Below are positions 49,551 through 51,513 of a stretch of DNA of 51,513 nucleotides, piece after piece. The stretch is from Octopus bimaculoides (Eukaryota). Where the stretch lies: positions 43,914,734-43,966,246 of the forward strand of contig NC_068997.1 of the NCBI RefSeq assembly GCF_001194135.2, read 5' to 3'. The notes under the pieces are model-generated. The model ran no database searches, was not told the DNA's origin, and worked only from the letters and a program-made list of their open reading frames with translations. Each line of letters starts with the position of its first letter. Position 1 is the first letter of the stretch. The position numbers and the translations under genes were made by a program.

Positions 49551-49764
49551 TACAAAGACCCTTCAGCAGGTGTGCAGATGTTTTCTATTGTAGCTTTTCA
49601 TTGACTAATACTTTATGAGTGAAATGAAATTTGTGTGAAAGCTCCCACTACCCATATAAACATACCTGAATGCTTTTTATGTAACTTTGTTTTTTATCTG
49701 TTTTCTTTACTCTTTATTTTTGTTTTTAATTTAAATCCCTCCCCCCTCTTTTCTGACATTTTAG

Positions 49765-49866
49765 AATAAAGATTATAAAGATGATGGCAATAACAAAAAG
49801 GTTGAAGATTGTTTAACTGTGACATCTCTTCAAGTGGCTTCTTCATCACACCGGAGAAAACCTCGA
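49765..49866 (+). CDS. Gli: Gli exon L (phase 0-0): NKDYKDDGNNKKVEDCLTVTSLQVASSSHRRKPR
   Basis: ttttag acceptor and gtgagt donor, 34 open codons. KVEDCLTV resembles GLI3 KREECLQV after the fingers. Confidence 0.88.
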
Positions 49867-50100
49867 GTGAGTTTGGTCTTTTTCTTAAGGTTTACTTTTT
49901 TTAATTTTTATTTTCAAACTGATTCCAAGCAATTAGTACAAATTTATGGCATACCAGGCAAATGTATTCTTAAATAGCTCCAGGCTGATCAAAGCCTAGT
50001 GTGTGGATCTGATGGACAGAAACTGAAAGCCCATTACATATATATATATATATGTATGTATATATCCAGGTTTGTGTGATTGTGTATAGAAGAATATTTT

Positions 50101-50339
50101 AATCAATGAAATTCTAACTAAGTCTGATTTTCATGTTTTCTTATTTGCAATTTTTACAATTATACAATATTGAAATAAACTAGTACTTTCATGCGTTAGG
50201 CAATCATCAGGTTTATGTAGTGACAGCCATGTTCATCAAACCTGATGATTGCATAATGCATGAAAGTATTAGTTTATTTCAATATTGTAAAAATTGCAAA
50301 TAAAACGTGAAAATAAGATTAATTTGGAATTTCATCGAT

Positions 50340-50340
<1 letters not shown>
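50101..50340. repeat. Inverted repeat, arms 50101-50214 and 50238-50340, each containing a hammerhead-core-like CTGATGA..GAAA motif
   Basis: The arms are near reverse complements around a 23-nt loop. Confidence 0.85.
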
Positions 50341-50375
<35 letters not shown>

Positions 50376-50879
50376 NNNNNNNNNNNNNNNNNNNNNNNNN
50401 NNNNNNNNNNNNNNNNNNNNNNNNNNNNNNNNNNNNNNNNNNNNNNNNNNNNNNNNNNNNNNNNNNNNNNNNNNNNNNNNNNNNNNNNNNNNNNNNNNNN
50501 NNNNNNNNNNNNNNNNNNNNNNNNNNNNNNNNNNNNNNNNNNNNNNNNNNNNNNNNNNNNNNNNNNNNNNNNNNNNNNNNNNNNNNNNNNNNNNNNNNNN
50601 NNNNNNNNNNNNNNNNNNNNNNNNNNNNNNNNNNNNNNNNNNNNNNNNNNNNNNNNNNNNNNNNNNNNNNNNNNNNNNNNNNNNNNNNNNNNNNNNNNNN
50701 NNNNNNNNNNNNNNNNNNNNNNNNNNNNNNNNNNNAATACTTTCTTAAATACTTTCTTGTAAACTGTTTTTAACATTTTCTTATTATTATCAAAGAATGT
50801 ATATATGTATTTTAATACTTTTGTGACAACCAGTACTTAACACAACAAAGCTTATACAAAGCTTTACATTTTACTTTGA

Positions 50880-50940
50880 CAATCTGAGGACAGTGCAATC
50901 TGAGGACAGTGCAATCTGAGGACAGTGCAATCTGAGGACA
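50880..50940 (+). repeat. 16-bp tandem repeat caatctgaggacagtg x3.8
   Basis: Direct reading; lies at the 5' breakpoint of the transposase relic. Confidence 0.9.
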
Positions 50941-51513
50941 TGTACCAAGAGTGATAAAAGTCAAACATCCAGTCAACATCATGGCATTTGGAGTGATTAC
51001 TAGTGATGGCAATGTTATGCCTCCATTCATCTTCCCACACAGCCTCAGACTCAACACGGAGGCCTACATCAAGTGCCTGGAGGAGGTAGTGCTGCCCTGG
51101 GTCAAGAGAGTGGATGCTGGCAACAGGACTCTGGACCATGCCACACAAGCAGGAGAATCCAGTCATGGCTATCACACCACATCACCCTTAACATCTAGCC
51201 ACCTAACTCCCCAGACTGCAACCCCTTTGATTATTATGTGTGGGGCACAGTTGAGTGAGAGACCAACAAAACTCTTTGGAACACCAAAGATGAACTGAAG
51301 GCAAGGATTATGGCAGCATTCACCAATTTAAACAAGGGGACCGCCCAGAAGAGCTGCAGGAGATTCCAAAGTCATCTGGAAGTCATGGTTGAAGCCAAAT
51401 GGCGATTTTGTTGAATAAATTTACTCTTTAATATTTCAAGATATTTTTATGTAATTTTGGTAAATATATCTGTTAAAATGAGATGTCAGTGTCGTTTTAA
51501 TTTTTGTGTAATT
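50930..51513 (+). pseudogene. Tc1/mariner (maT/DD37D-like) transposase relic, catalytic domain
   Basis: VKHPVNIMAFGVITSDGNVMPPFIF...YIKCLEEVVLPW, a frameshift, then QQDSGPCHTSRRIQSWL...PPNSPDCNPFDYYVWG, with stops and small deletions. Confidence 0.85.

Noticed and set aside
49771-49788. DYKDDG in exon L resembles the FLAG tag
   Set aside because: Only five of eight residues match, inside a natural phase-compatible exon; a coincidence, not vector contamination.

Overview
AT-rich, microsatellite- and transposon-dense animal genomic DNA with nine N gaps. The SINE/LINE families and repeat landscape are consistent with Octopus (coleoid cephalopod); this is an inference, not a database match. One protein-coding gene is supported: a + strand Gli/cubitus interruptus Hedgehog-pathway transcription factor. 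Twelve GT-AG exons from 27827 to 49866 splice in compatible phases into an uninterrupted partial ORF of about 646 codons. It carries GLI3-like N-terminal motifs (EEPST, DPRNG, EGRYH, LSSSP, RKRALSxSP), the SUFU-binding SYGHLS motif and all five C2H2 fingers. The start-codon exon was not identified, and the C-terminal exons lie beyond the window. The rest is presumed intron: three tRNA-headed SINE families, an RTE LINE and many copies of its 3' UTR, R4/Dong-like LINE ends, a non-autonomous element flanked by (AAT)n, hAT/mariner/piggyBac-like MITEs, a maT-like transposase relic, a Helitron-like end, two foldback elements and hammerhead-core-like motifs. Nearly all ORFs in the supplied track are spurious. 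No clearly new biological system is demonstrated. The best leads are a candidate intronic promoter, a foldback built from hammerhead-like motifs next to an exon, a PHD-like finger inside the RTE reverse transcriptase, a pre-miRNA-like hairpin, and repeated insertion of a MITE into the same SINE site.
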